Assembly (NCBI GenBank): GCA_036867785.1
Contig: CP145420.1
Location: forward strand, 1,178,001 to 1,242,000
DNA: 64,000 nucleotides
Direction: 5' to 3'
From: Plasmodiophora brassicae
Lineage: Eukaryota
Below the pieces are notes generated by a model. That model was not told the DNA's origin. It was given only the letters and a program-made list of their open reading frames with translations, and did no database searches. The translations under genes were made by a program, and so were the position numbers. Shown here piece after piece: positions 35,555 to 48,300 of this stretch; position 1 is the first letter of the stretch, and each line of letters starts with the position of its first letter.

Positions 35555-38236
35555 TCAGGTGGCCATGGTGTCATGATCCGAGGTCAGCGTGGCGTCGGCG
35601 TCGTCGGCGACCAGGCCATGCGGGCTGCGACCCGGCACGCGCCGACGCCGGGCCGCCGACACGGGCGCCAGCGTGTCGGCGTCGTCCGCCGACGAGACCG
35701 TGTCCATCGTGTCCTGGTCTGCGGTCGCCGCCCTCCATCGCCGCGTCTGTCGAGCATTCGGGCGTTGTTGTGTCGCAGGCGGTGCGTTGCCACCAGAGGA
35801 GGTCGACGTGGCGGCCTGGGTGTCCAGCGTCGCGAAGGGCGACGGCGGCGCCTGCTGCTGCTGCGACGGCGACGGCAGCGAGTACGCCAGCATGGGCAAC
35901 TGCGGCGCCTGGACGTACGCTGGCAGCGAATGCATCGGCATCATGGTGGGGCGCGCCGACGTCAGGAGCGGGGCGGGTGCGCGCCACGACGACCACGGGC
36001 GCCGGCGCCGCCGACAGCAGAACGCGGCGAGGCAGACGACGAACAGCAGGGCCAGGGCGGAACCGGATAGCGCCAGCAGCATCGGGATGGAGGTCCACGA
36101 CGACCCGAGGAACGACGTCGACATGACCGCAGGTGATGTCGCGGGCCCCGGTCTGTTCGTGCCCGGCGACGAGGACGTCGTCGCCGTCGTCGTCGTTCGC
36201 TGGTCGGCGACGCACGTGTCCGGGTTGGCGGACGCGGGCCCGAAGACGCCCAGCGCACACTGCCGCAGGTCGACGAGGGTGACGCGGGCCCGCACGTTCG
36301 GGTCGATCGTCGACGTGATGCGCCCGAGGAACAGGTCGGCGTACAGCGACGAGGCGGGGTCGGCGAACGCGTTGACCAGGTCGACGGCCACGCTGGACAT
36401 CTCGGTCAGGTTGGAGGGCGACACCGTCGGCAGCAGCCAGAACGTGATCGTCGACTGGTCGGCGTTGGCGTTCAGGTGCGCGCCGGCGAACCGGGCCGCG
36501 GGCAGCCCCGTCGACAGGGCCAGGGCGTTCGCCAGGTCGCGCGGCAGGTCCACGCTGGCCTCGCGCGTCGTGTACGTCGTGGTGCCGAGGCGCGCCGCAA
36601 CCGTCACCCTGCGGAACGTGCCGCGTACACGCGTCAATGACGGGGACGAGGAAGGAGCGACGCAGCTGGTCGTTACTGGTAGGCCTTGAACACTTGCCCG
36701 ATGACGGGCAACGCGTATGGCGGCGGTGCTGTCGCCGTCGCTGCCGGCAGCACAGCGCTCGTCGCGGGTGCCAGAGCCTGCCGGGTCGTCGATCTGACGA
36801 GGGCGCCCGTGGCCCTCCTGCTGACGGTCCTCGTGGTGGTGGTGGCCGCCACCGGAGACGTCGTGGACGACATGGGCGGGCGGCGCGCGTTCGCCCCGAT
36901 GTTGCGTATGGAGAACCACTTCCACTCAGTGGCCTGGGCGTCACTCACCGGGTCCGTCATCGTGATCGTGCATGTCTGTCGATAGGCGCGCGCGTGACGG
37001 TTCGTGGCACAGCAACGGCAGACGCGGCAGACGGACCTTGCCGGGCGCGAGAAAGTTGGCCAGGTACCCAGGGTAGGCGGCTGGGTTGTCCGAGTAATTG
37101 CACGGGTAGGCCGTCTGCGTGTTCCAGTTCGCGGCCCAGTCGTTGGCGTCGACACGGCCAATGACCTGCTGCCAGGTCCCTGCACGAAGTCAGAGCCGGT
37201 CGGGACGGGGGGCGCGTGTGCGGTCAGTCATCACCTCCGCCGGCGCCTTCCGTGTAGTCCACGTACATGTCGACGGCGACGGTGCTGCGAGGCCCGCCCA
37301 TGCATCAGCCTGGGGCGACACACGCGACCGAGCGTCGCTGCATAGTACCTGCCGTTCGTGGCGTTGCGCACGATCAGCTTCATGCCCAGGAAGCTGCCGA
37401 CGTATGCCGAACTCGGGACGATCGACGTGGCCGTCCGGAACGATGACGACTAAACCGGTGGGCGCCCGTGTCAGCGACGACGCCATGCAATCATCGACAC
37501 CGCCCCTACGTAGTACGTCGGCAGGTACTGCTTCTGCAGGCCGTACTGCCTGAGCGGACGCGCGCAGGTCAGCGTCGGGACGATCAGACGCGCTGTCATC
37601 ACCTCACCTGGTCTGCAGGTAGAGTTTGGCCAAATACGACCGGTACGAGCACTGATCTGACGGCGCGCTCAAACGTCAGCGGCGGGCGGGCGGTTGGCGG
37701 GACAGCAGGGGCCGCCCGGGGGGATCCGTATACCCGAGGAGGAGTACCCGCCGGAGCGTGCCTGAATCGTAAACCCGCTGTACGTGCCGCGGTAGGCGCC
37801 GGACGGGTTGCGCGCGTACACGGTCACCTCGACGTCGGCCCAGCCGTACTTGGCGTTCGTGACCGACACCGTCGGCGAACCTAAGCCCGTTCACATCGCG
37901 TACGGTGCGCGCATGGACGCGGGCCTGCCTACCGGCCATCGTCAGCAGGCCATTCGTGATGTTCGCTGCCCCGTATCCGTTCAGCAGCGACCTGCCATCC
38001 GCCGGGTCGGCGACGTCGCTGCCGGACACGGCCACGAAGCGATTCGCCGCCCATGCCGTCGCCGAGTACCACGACATGTCGTCGTGTACGCTCGGGTACA
38101 GCATCTGGATGCCATCCGGGCCCAGCACCTTTGGTGGCATCCGTGTCGACCGCGCAGGCAGGCTGGCGGTCCCTGCCACCCCGGACAAGTCCAGGCACAC
38201 ACGAAGGAACGCGAGCGCATGCAGCAGGTGCCTCAT
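35555..38236 (-). CDS. Tandem membrane-protein family, copy D
   Basis: MRHLLHALAFL signal, GPDGIQMLYP, YGWADVEVTVYARNP, EWKWFSIRNI, and TM helix followed by CCRRRRR. Confidence 0.8.
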
Positions 38237-38629
38237 TGACGGAGGGCACCCGGGTCCCACGTTGATTCCCGCACACCCCTTCGCGCGCCCACCTATGCGT
38301 AGGAGAGGCGGGGAGGACAGAGGTACAGGTGCACGGTCGCGATCGACCCGCTGGTCGGACAGTAGTAGTGGCCCTCTCCTAGGCCTTCCTCCGCGTGCAC
38401 CATGTGGTCGCACAGACGGGGGACCAGGGTATGTGCCTCCTACCGGCGGGGGCACTTATTTCGGAGGCGGCGCTGACGTGGCGTGGGGCCGCGGCTCTCT
38501 GTATTCGTCGGGTCCGGCGGCGCCAGGGGCCAGGCAGGGCCGACATCGCCTGTCCCCGTCTCCGTCGCAACACCCCCCTCGGACGGTCGTCCTCGTCGTC
38601 GAACCCGGCCAGCGCGCATCGCCATCATC

Positions 38630-39658
38630 ATGCAGTCGTCGTCCGATCACCGGATCACGCTGGACGCCCTGCCGGGCAGCGCAGTGCTGGCGTCGACGCC
38701 GGCGCCGCCATCGACCTGGCTCTACACGGCGCCGTCGCCGCCGGGCGCGTCCGACGACCCGCCGACGCCGTCGACCAGGTCGGTGTCGCTGCAGGCCCTG
38801 TTCGGCATGTACGACGCGCGCCTGCTGCCCTACGTCGACTGGCTGTCCAGGAACGGGTTCGCCCGGGTCGACCACGTCGGCGCGCTGACGCCCGACGAGC
38901 GCCGCTCCGTCTACGGGGCCGTGCGCCCCCCGATCCCCTACTCGCTTCAACTGCGCCTCGAGCGCCTGATCCGCACCGCCATGGGCGACCCGCTATCGCA
39001 CAGCCAGCGCCACGCCGAGACGCAGACCTGCGACCCGACCCACGTCGTCGTCGTCGCTGCCGCCGCCGACTGCGTCGACCAGGCAACGCAGTGGGCGGAT
39101 CCGGACGCCGCCTCCAGCACCGCCCCTGTGCCGGGGGCGGTGCTGGCACCCGACGACCGCCCGGCGCCGTCGCCCACCGCCGCCGCGGTCGTGCCGGGCG
39201 AGGGCGCCGACGGCCTGTACTCGTGCCCGGTCTGCGCGGCCATGTTCACGCGGCAGGACGCGCTGACCGTGCACCACCGGGCGCACACGGGCGCGCGCCC
39301 GTTCGTCTGCGCCCGGCCCGCCTGCGGCAAGGGGTTCCGCTCGCGTACCTGCCTGCAGCGCCACGAACGCGGCCACGTCGACGAGCGCCAGTTCGTCTGC
39401 GCCCTGTGCGGCAAGGCGTTCAAGACGGTGGACGCGCTCGCCAAGCACCGCAAGGTGCACACGCAGGACAAGGCGCACCAGTGCGACATCTGCCGGCGGT
39501 CGTTCCGCCGCAAGGACAACCTGGCCGCCCACCGCCTGATCCACACGCGCGCCTACCCGTGCGACCTGTGCGACCAGACGTTCCGGTGGAAGTCGGGCCT
39601 CGCCGCGCACCGCCGGGCGCACGCCGACAGCACCAACAATGAAGTGCCGAACGGATAG
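38630..39658 (+). CDS. C2H2 zinc-finger protein (5 fingers) with possible SAM-like N-terminal domain
   Basis: Five CxxC...HxxxH fingers with an HTGARPF linker. LLPYVDWLSRNGF..V..VGALTPDE looks SAM-like. Confidence 0.88.
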   Translation: MQSSSDHRITLDALPGSAVLASTPAPPSTWLYTAPSPPGASDDPPTPSTRSVSLQALFGMYDARLLPYVDWLSRNGFARVDHVGALTPDERRSVYGAVRPPIPYSLQLRLERLIRTAMGDPLSHSQRHAETQTCDPTHVVVVAAAADCVDQATQWADPDAASSTAPVPGAVLAPDDRPAPSPTAAAVVPGEGADGLYSCPVCAAMFTRQDALTVHHRAHTGARPFVCARPACGKGFRSRTCLQRHERGHVDERQFVCALCGKAFKTVDALAKHRKVHTQDKAHQCDICRRSFRRKDNLAAHRLIHTRAYPCDLCDQTFRWKSGLAAHRRAHADSTNNEVPNG

Positions 39659-39729
39659 GTGATGACACCCTGGGCAGAGAGAGGGACGCGCCGCTCGCCC
39701 CACACTGTCCCCAGTGCGACTGTCTGTCG

Positions 39730-41567
39730 ATGGCGACGACGGCGACGGGCGAGTTCCTGCGCGACGTGCTGACCGCGCGCGTCTACGATGTGGCCGTCGA
39801 GACGCCGCTGCAGGGCGCCGCGCTGCTGTCGGGGCGCGTCCGCAACCGGGTCCTGCTGAAGCGGGAGGACCTGCAGCCGGTGCACAGCTTCAAGGTGCGC
39901 GGCGCCTACAACAAGATGGTGCACCTGGGCGCCGGCGAGCGCGCCCGCGGCGTCGTCTGCGCCAGCGCCGGCAACCACGCCCAGGGCGTCGCGCTGGCCG
40001 CCAGCAGGCTCCAGTGCCCCGCCACCGTACGTTCGTTGTCGTTGTAGCAACGCGGGCGCGGGCCCACCCAATGCGCTCCCCCACAGATCGTCATGCCGAC
40101 GACGACGCCGCCCGTCAAGGTCGACGCCGTGCGGGCGTACGGCGACCACGTCCAGGTGGTCCTGCACGGCGACACGTTCGCCGACGCGCTCGCCCACGCC
40201 AAGGGCATCGAACGCGACCGGCAGCTGACGTTCGTGCACCCGTACGACGACCCGCACGTGATCGCCGGCCAGGGCACCATCGCGATGGTACGTGCGGCGG
40301 CGCTCGTTAGCGCGCTGCTGACGTTCACATCCAGGAGATTGTTCGACAGCACCCGGACCCGATCCACGCCGTCTTTGTCGCCGTCGGCGGCGGCGGCATG
40401 ATCGCTGGTAAGCGGGGGCGCGCGAAGGGCGCGTGCGCGTACTCAAACGGGGGCGGCCCGTCTAGGGATCGGCACGTACCTGAAGCTGGTGCGGCCCGAG
40501 GTGCGCGTTGTCGCCGTGCAGACCGTCGACTCGGACAGCATGGCGCAGAGCCTGCAGGCGGGCCAGCCGGTCGCCCTCGACGACGTCGGCCTGTTCTGCG
40601 ACGGCACCGCCGTCAAGCGCGTCGGCGACGAGACGCTGCGGCTGGCCCGGCGCTGCATCGACGAGGTCGTCTACGTGACGACGGATCAGGTCTGCGCGGC
40701 CATCAAGGACGTGTTCCTGGACACGAGGTCCATCCTGGAGCCCTCCGGGGCCATGTCCATTGCCGGCGTACGTTCGTGCGTGTCCGCTGCCTGGGGGCGA
40801 CCTGACCGGGACCGACGTCGTTCTAGGCCAAGGCGTACCTGCAGCGGTGCGACCTGCAGGGGCAGACCGTCGTCTGTGTCGCGTGCGGCGCCAACATGAA
40901 CTTTGACCGCCTGCGGTTCGTGGTGGACCGGGCCGAGCTGGGCCAGGAGCGCGAGGCGCTGCTCGTCGTGCGCCTCCCGCCGGGCAGGACGCTGACGGAC
41001 CTGGCCGCCGTCCTGCCCGCCCACCTGAACGTCACCGAGTGCAACTACAACGCCAGCTGCGTCGGCGTCTTCCTCGGCGTGTCCGTCGTCGACGCGACCC
41101 AGACGGGCGCCCTGCGCGACCTGATCGAGGCGAACGGGTTCCCCACCGGTGCGTGCGTTCGAGCGCGTCGTCGTCGTCAGGACATCTCGCTGACGAGTGT
41201 GTGTGCTGTCGTGGGGCGCGCAGTCGACGTCACCGGCGACGACCTGGCGAAGAACCACCTGCGGTACATGGTGGGCGGAGGGCCCAGCGACGACGACGCC
41301 CACCGCACGCAGCAGGTGTGCCGGGTGGAGACGGCGCAGCGCCCGGGTGCGATCCGGCACCTGCTGCTGCGCGTCCTGCCCGGGCGCTCGATCACGCTGC
41401 TGCACTACCGGAACCATGGCGGCGACGTGGCGCGCATCATGATCGGCGCGCCACCGCCCCACCAGCAGCAGCCGTCGCTGTACGACACGCTCAGCGCCCA
41501 GGCCGGGTACCGGGTCGTGTCCGACGCCGACAACGCCGCCCTGCACATCCTGCTGACGCGCACGTAA
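39730..41567 (+). CDS. ilvA: Biosynthetic threonine deaminase with ACT-like regulatory region
   Basis: KREDLQPVHSFKVRGA (PLP lysine), SAGNHAQGVA, HPYDDPHVIAGQGT, ILEPSGA, GANMNFDRLRFV and ITLLHYRNHG. Confidence 0.95.
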
Positions 41568-41621
41568 ACCGGATGCCAGCGCGCCCATCTGTCGTCGTTC
41601 GTGTGTGTGTGTCGCGCCCGG

Positions 41622-43076
41622 TCAGTCTGTATCGACGACGGGCCCCTGCTGCTGCTGGACGATGGCGCCGATCTGCCTGCCGAGGTGCTCGTAGACGGCG
41701 TGCCGGTGCCGGTGCTCCGTCTGCGCCTTCCACAGGTGGAAGGGCGCCGGCCGTCGCCGGTGGTCGAACGGGCACGCCAGGTACAGGTCGGCCCGGGCGT
41801 CGATCGTTCGGCACGCCCGGCGGCATTGCCGTCGGGCGTCCCAGTCCATCAGGCGGTGGACGGCGTCGAGCGGGTCGCTGGCACAGGGCGCCCGCGCCGC
41901 CGCCTCCTCGGCGATGTCGCGCCGCACCGACGAGACCAGGGCGGCCATGCGCTCCCGGTGCGCCTGCCGCCGTCGCTCGACGTCGCGGTCGTAGATGGAC
42001 GGCGACGACGACCTGCGCCTGGCGGCCGCCCCGTCCACCTGGGCCCTGTCGCGCTCCCGCGCCGCCTGCTGCTGCTCGTGGCGCCATTGTCGCATGCGCT
42101 GCAGGGTGTCCATGCCCAGGCGGTACTGGTGGTCGCCGTCGGTGACGGGGCCGCCGGCACCGCCCGTCCCGGTCGACGACGTCATCAGCGCGTGCACGCG
42201 CCTGCGGTCGTCGTCGGCCAGCCGCTGTCGCTCAGCGTCGCGCCGAGCCTCCAGCGCGCGCTGTCGGGCGAGGAACGCCTCCGGCGACGTCGACGTCGCT
42301 GACTCGGTCCTGCGCCCGCCTCGTTGTCGCTCCTCGTCCCCGATGCGCTCGCGACGACACCGCTCCCGTCGAGCCGCTCGCTGCCGCTCCTGGAACGCGT
42401 TCGCGTCCTCCTCGGTCATGGGCCTGGCGGGCGCCGGCGGCGGCCGGTACTGCAACTGGCGGCGGCGCTCCCGTCGTCGACGTTGCCGCGATCGGTACCA
42501 GGCGACGTTCAGGTCGTAGACGGACGGCGCAGGCGGTTCACGACGACGACGCGTGTCCATGGGGTCGCCTCCCTGGACCAGGCCGGCGGCCGGAGCCCCG
42601 TTGTCGCTCACGACGTCGTCGTCGACGTCGTCCGCGTCGATGGACATGGCGATCTCGTTGGCCAGGTCGTCGTCGTCGTCGTCGTCGTCATGCCCCGCAG
42701 GTGCACTGTCGAGGTCGGCGTCGACCACAGACCTGACAATGTCGTCGGCGAGCTGGTCGTCGTCATCGTCGTCGGCCTGGGCCACGAACGTGTCGCCGAG
42801 GGCGGTCGCCAGGGCGCCCGACCAGGCATGGGCGTTCGGCCGGCTGGCGCCCGGTGCGCTCGATGACGACGACGGTGCCGGCGCGGCCAGGTGCTGGGTG
42901 GCAGCAGCAGCCTCTGCACGACGTCGTCGTGTGGCTGTGCCGCCCGACGATGACATGGGCGCCGGCGTACCAGCACTGGCCGCCTGGGCGGTCCGCTGCC
43001 CTGCGCTGCCGTCGGCGTCGGCCTGCTCCCGCTGCTGCTGACGTGGCGGTGGCGCCAGCCGACGCCAGAAGGGCAT
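41622..43076 (-). CDS. Hypothetical low-complexity/coiled-coil protein
   Basis: Long ORF with acidic tracts, R/E/Q-rich helices and recurring SVYD/SIYDR motifs. Confidence 0.55.
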   Translation of the reverse strand: MPFWRRLAPPPRQQQREQADADGSAGQRTAQAASAGTPAPMSSSGGTATRRRRAEAAAATQHLAAPAPSSSSSAPGASRPNAHAWSGALATALGDTFVAQADDDDDDQLADDIVRSVVDADLDSAPAGHDDDDDDDDLANEIAMSIDADDVDDDVVSDNGAPAAGLVQGGDPMDTRRRREPPAPSVYDLNVAWYRSRQRRRRERRRQLQYRPPPAPARPMTEEDANAFQERQRAARRERCRRERIGDEERQRGGRRTESATSTSPEAFLARQRALEARRDAERQRLADDDRRRVHALMTSSTGTGGAGGPVTDGDHQYRLGMDTLQRMRQWRHEQQQAARERDRAQVDGAAARRRSSSPSIYDRDVERRRQAHRERMAALVSSVRRDIAEEAAARAPCASDPLDAVHRLMDWDARRQCRRACRTIDARADLYLACPFDHRRRPAPFHLWKAQTEHRHRHAVYEHLGRQIGAIVQQQQGPVVDTD

Positions 43077-43360
43077 CCGTCGATGATCCGATAACGGACG
43101 GGCGCCCGCCACCCCCGGTCCAGATATCTCGCGTCAGGCGTGACGCCTGCCGCGGGTATCGTCCAGCATGGCTCAGGGCAGCGGCCGATGAACGCCGACG
43201 TCGTCGGCAGCACACCCCCCGCGAGACATCACGTTGCGCGTCGTCGCCATGCTGCCGACCCCTGCGCCTGTCTATGCGCGCGCGCGCCTGGCACCGGCCA
43301 TGGGCGCAACGCGCCGATTTCATTTCGAAGGTGGTGCTGTGTGTGTGAGGGTCGATCAGA

Positions 43361-44315
43361 GCGTCTGCAGGAGTTTGCGCGCCACCAAGAGGGACGCCGC
43401 GATGATATCCGAGCTCTGTACCATCAAGTAATGGACATGTGGCCCATCGACCTGTTCACACGCGAGACAGCGGATGATGTGGTGCGATCGTTGTGGTTGT
43501 CGCATATCCCTGACGTCCCGCAGACTGGTGCGCGTCACTCCTCCGGATCCGAGCGCCGGGTTGTGGACTCAGGGAGGACGGTGGTGGCTGCGGGACGTCA
43601 GGGAATATGTGATATGCACAACGATCGGACCGCTTCATCCGCTGTCTCGCGTGTGAAGGGGTCGATGGGCCACATGTCCATTAGTTGATGGTACAGAGCT
43701 CGGATATCATCGCGGCGACGTCCCTCTTGCTGCCCCTACAAACTCGTGCAGACGCGCGGTCGTCTCTCGGACAGCGCCGTCTCGAGCAGCGTCGCGGCGA
43801 GCGCCGCCGTCGAGCTATAAGGGCCATGTGGACGACAGGTGTTCCGGTATTCCATATAGGTTGCAGTTGGGGCCAAGTATCCAATCATCAACCTGTTAGT
43901 ACTGCTTGGCTGTGCCCTTCTGTGGCGTCGACGGCAAGAGACATCGATTCCCAACCTGAGTCGCTGTACCATCCAGCAAGAGCACGACCGAGGTGGGCGT
44001 CAGCTTCATCTCATTTCGTTCGTAGCCACATTGTTCGTCACTCCTCGGGATCCGAGCGCGGTGACCCGGAGGGCTGTGGACTTACCGAGGACGGTGGTGG
44101 CAGCGGGACGTCAGGGATGATCGACAGCCACAACGACCGCACCACATCATCCGCAGTCTCGCGGGTGAACAGGTCGATCGGCCACAATTGCATGACTTGA
44201 TGGTACAGCGCGCGGGTATCACCGCGGCGTCCCTCTTGTTGGCGCGCGAACTCCTGTAGACGCTCGATCGTCTCTCGGGCAGCGCAGACTCGGGCAGCGT
44301 CGCGGCGAGCGCCGA
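43361..44315. repeat. Triplicated gene-end fragment: inverted pair (43361-43523 / 43588-43755) plus a direct copy at 44036-44315
   Basis: All three segments are homologous. The first and third translate to ERLQEFAR.QEGRR.D.RALYHQVM..WPIDLFTRETADDVVRSLWLS.IPDVP. Confidence 0.9.
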
Positions 44316-44703
44316 CCTGCTCTCGCTCCATGTGACGACGCGCACAACGCTGGAGCGTTTGCGATATGACAAACATATCACTGGGTGCGATCGCCACGTC
44401 GGTCCACTTGGGGGGCAAGACTGCGATGTCCGTTGGCTGCCGCAGCGCCCCCAGTCGTGACCCAGTCGCGATCCAGGTCCGCAGCGGACTGGGTATGGGC
44501 CCCCTGACCTGGGACTGGCCGACGAAGGGTATGTACCGCGGCCGCCAGGTGGCAAGTATCCGCTCCACGGGCCTGGTCGCACTGATTTCTGTCGGTTGTT
44601 TTCCTTCTGGGCATTCATTACCTACAGTCACCACGATCTGACTCGCGAACGGCGGGTCTCCGATTTCGTGCACCTTGCCCCTCTCCGCACCGTCTCTCGG
44701 CAC
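44038..44703 (-). CDS. Hypothetical protein (likely source of the duplicated fragments)
   Basis: 221-aa ORF whose 3' part is copied twice to its left. No recognisable domain. Confidence 0.35.
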   Translation of the reverse strand: MPRDGAERGKVHEIGDPPFASQIVVTVGNECPEGKQPTEISATRPVERILATWRPRYIPFVGQSQVRGPIPSPLRTWIATGSRLGALRQPTDIAVLPPKWTDVAIAPSDMFVISQTLQRCARRHMEREQVGARRDAARVCAARETIERLQEFARQQEGRRGDTRALYHQVMQLWPIDLFTRETADDVVRSLWLSIIPDVPLPPPSSVSPQPSGSPRSDPEE

Positions 44704-45320
44704 GATATGCGCTAATCAATTCGGTACTGGGGACATCTCTGTAGCATCTCCCTTGAGGAGTGATTCGGAAACATGGAGGCGAATGCGTTTTAGTAGAGGA
44801 AACCGGACACCTCTCGAACCCGATCTGTAGTCGGTTGGCATATGGGTTCGGGAGCGCTCAGCGCCCAGGCCGGGTACGTACCGGGTATGGGATGCGGTTC
44901 AGAGGAGAGCGCTACGCGCGTCTGTGCCCCCTCCGGCAACAACGACGACGACGCCGACGTCGCTGTCCAGGGGCCTGCCCTAGCTCGCAGCGTTGGCGCC
45001 GCTCCTCGTCCAGGGAAGGCTCCCGACGACACCGGTCCTGCCGAGCCGTTCACTGGTCGCTGGCGTCGGGCCGCTCACGTGCCGCCGGCGCCGCCCGACG
45101 CCAGAAGGGCACCTCAACGATCAGACAACGGGTGGGCGGCGCCCGCTAGTCGTCAGGCGTGACGCACCCGATGAACGACCTGTGGCTCTACCCCGATACG
45201 CAGGCGGGAGGTCATCGCCATGTTCGTCGTCTGTATCGATGGCACCGAATGTGCCATACTGCTGATGCGGCTGGCGGGCGGGTCGATCGTGAGATGGGGA
45301 GGGTCGGCGCCGGCGCCAGC

Positions 45321-48300
45321 CTAGCGGAGCCCGGCCGTCGTCGACCCGGACGCCAGTGCGCTCGGCACGACGGGCGTCGCCGGCGTGACCCGGTTGATGC
45401 CCGACGTCAACGGGAGCGCCGACGTCGTCGTTGCCCCCTTCGCCTTGCGCTTGGAGACGCTCAGCAGGTCCCAGGCCTTGTCATTGTTCATCTCTGCCAT
45501 GCGACGTTAGCAACGGGCGTTCGTCGAACGCGGGCCGCGCACCGACCCTTGTCGTAGAAGATGATGTAGATCTTGGTGAGCACGACGCCGGTGATCGTGA
45601 TGACGACGCTGAGGAACAGGCCGACGGCGCGGACGGCCAGCGCCACGTCCTGCTCGTTGATCAGGAACGAGATGACGAACGCGCCCGTGCCGAACGTCGC
45701 AATGTTGTAAATGGAGAAGGCGATCTTCTTCGATTCTGTCATGTCGACGGCGGTGGTCAGGCGCGCCTGATCGGCGGGTGGTAATATCACCAGGTCAGAC
45801 GCACCGTTGAACGCGTCGTGCACGTTGCGCGTCTGGATGCAGAGGGCGATACCGGCGATCAGGACGGCGAACTTGGCCACGATCGACACGGTGGCGAACG
45901 CCCAGACGGAGCTGCCGCCCGACGACACACACTGGTGCCTGCTGACCGCATTGCCCAGGTCGACCGACGCCAGCGTCAGCGGGTTGATGACCTGTTGGCG
46001 CGACGACGATCAGTACTGACGACAGGAGCGCCAGGGCATGCGTCATCGATTGCGATCCAACGGTGCGCCTACGGTCCAGGCGACGAGGATGAGGAGCTCC
46101 AGGGACGTCATCAGGCCGACGATGCGGAACAGGGTCTCGTCGGACACGGCCTTGACGGTCAGGTTGTTGGCCTCGAACGCCTGGAACAGGGAAGACACCC
46201 TGTGCGAGCACCGCACCCGGGTCAGTACTGGCGCCTGGCGAATAACGCGCAACGTCGATGATCGTCAGGTACCGGTACGTCTTGGCGAACAGGGCCCCTT
46301 AAAACGCTGTTAGCCCGCACATCTCGTTGCAGGCCCCGACGACCAATTGGGACGTACCGAACATGAGCGCCCATCCGATGGAGATGGCCCAGATGTTGAC
46401 CATGCAGGAGGTGGAGCTCAGGGAGTAGGGCACGCCGACGGACACGTCGAGCGCCATCCAGACGCCGCACGTCAGGGCAATGATGGCGCCGACCAGCATG
46501 ATCTGCAGGAAGCGCGGCGCCGCCGCCTTCAGGATCGGCTCGCGGCTGTACCGCTGGACCAGGGCCTGCGACACGCGTGCGTCCACAGTCAGATCAACCT
46601 GGGCCGGCTCGTTGGCAACGGGCACGCGCGTACGTACCATGAGGACGAGCGCGTAGACGATTCCGATGATGGCGAGGGCGATGCTGAAGCCGGCGACGCC
46701 GACGGAGATGCCGAGGAACGTGGGCGGCGGGTCCAAATTCAGCACGAACGTCTGCTGCGACACCTTGCTGGAGCGGATCATGAGCGCGTCGCCGACGGTG
46801 ACGGCCTTGAGCGTGATGCGCCCGCTCTGGGCGATCAGGATCGGCCCCTGGTAGAGTTCGGCGGCGTCGGACGGCTCGCTGCCGTCCAGCGTGAAGTAGA
46901 TCTTCGTGCCGCCCGTGACCGTCGTCAGGTTGACCCATACGGGTTTCGTCGAGATCAGGTCGGTCGGCGTCGTCGTCGTCGTCGATGACGATGCGGTGAT
47001 GTCGGGCGGCGCCGCCTGGTGCAGGTAGACCTGGACGCGGGCCGTCTCCAGGCGCTGGAGCATGGCCCGGATCGCATCGCCCGTGTAGTTGTAGGTCAGG
47101 AACTTGACCAGCTCGGGCGTGTAGACGGCTTTGAAGTCGGCCAGGACCTCCCTGTCGCCGACGCCCGTGATGTAGTCGGCGTTCCTGAGCATGTTGGCCC
47201 CCTTCAGCGTCAGCGGGTCCGATATGCTGCTGAACGCGTTGACGTTCGACGGGATGCGAATGTCGCCGGCCTTAACTCTCGCAATGGACACGTTCGTCGA
47301 CACGAGGTAGGCGAGCCAGGCCTCGGCCAGGGCCGGGTTCTGCGACGTCGCCGAGATGACCAAGCCGTCTCCGGGCGCGTTCTCCCCAACGGCCAGGCCC
47401 GGGTCGAAGATGGGGAACTGGAAGAAGTCGAAGCTATATGTGGCGGGCGCGGGTCGTCAGTCAACGCTACCGACACGACACGATGCCCTGACGTACTCGC
47501 TCATGTTGAACCCGGCGGGAGCGCCCCAGCGCACGAAGTCGCCGCAGAAGGCCATGGCGGCCGTGCCCAGGAAGACCGGGTCCGGCGTCGACCACCCGTT
47601 CACGATATCCTGGTACCGCGTGTACTTGTCCAGGATGCGACGCCACTCCATGAACACGTCGTACACGTCCGGCGACGTCCACGGTTGCTGCCCTGCGCCG
47701 CGAAGATTCCCGTGAGTCAGTGAGTACGAACGTCTGATATTCGATATCGTCATCAGCGACGTACCGTCGAGCAGGGCCATGTGGGCGACGGGGCCGCGGA
47801 TGCGCATGTCGAAATAGTCAAAGTTGGAGATGGCCGGCCAGCCCTCGTAGTTGCCCAGGTAGATGGGCGTGATGCCCGCCGCTAGGAACGTGTCGCAGGC
47901 CGCCATCCAGTCGGCCCAGGTTTTCGGTGGGCGCACGTTGTACCGGCGCCAGACCGACGGGCGGTAGTACATCTGTCGTTGGTGGACACCGGTCAGTGCA
48001 TCGGCCAGGTCGCGTCTAGAGACACCTGACACAGACCGCCCAGTGGTACGCATCCGTCGGTACGATATACGGGTGCCCTGCACATTAGGCGGATCAGGGT
48101 ACCTCGATCGACCCGTTGTCCTGCTGTGCGCACCGTTGGCGTCCTGGCCGCCTTTCAGCATACTGGGCGCCAGCTGCTCGTACAGGTTGTACTTCTTGAA
48201 CATGGCGTCGAGGTTGCGGAAGTTGCCGTTGGCGATCAGCTTGTTGGACCCGGACCCGCCCGAGTACCTGTCCAAAGGCAGTGTGTGGTGAATACGGGCG

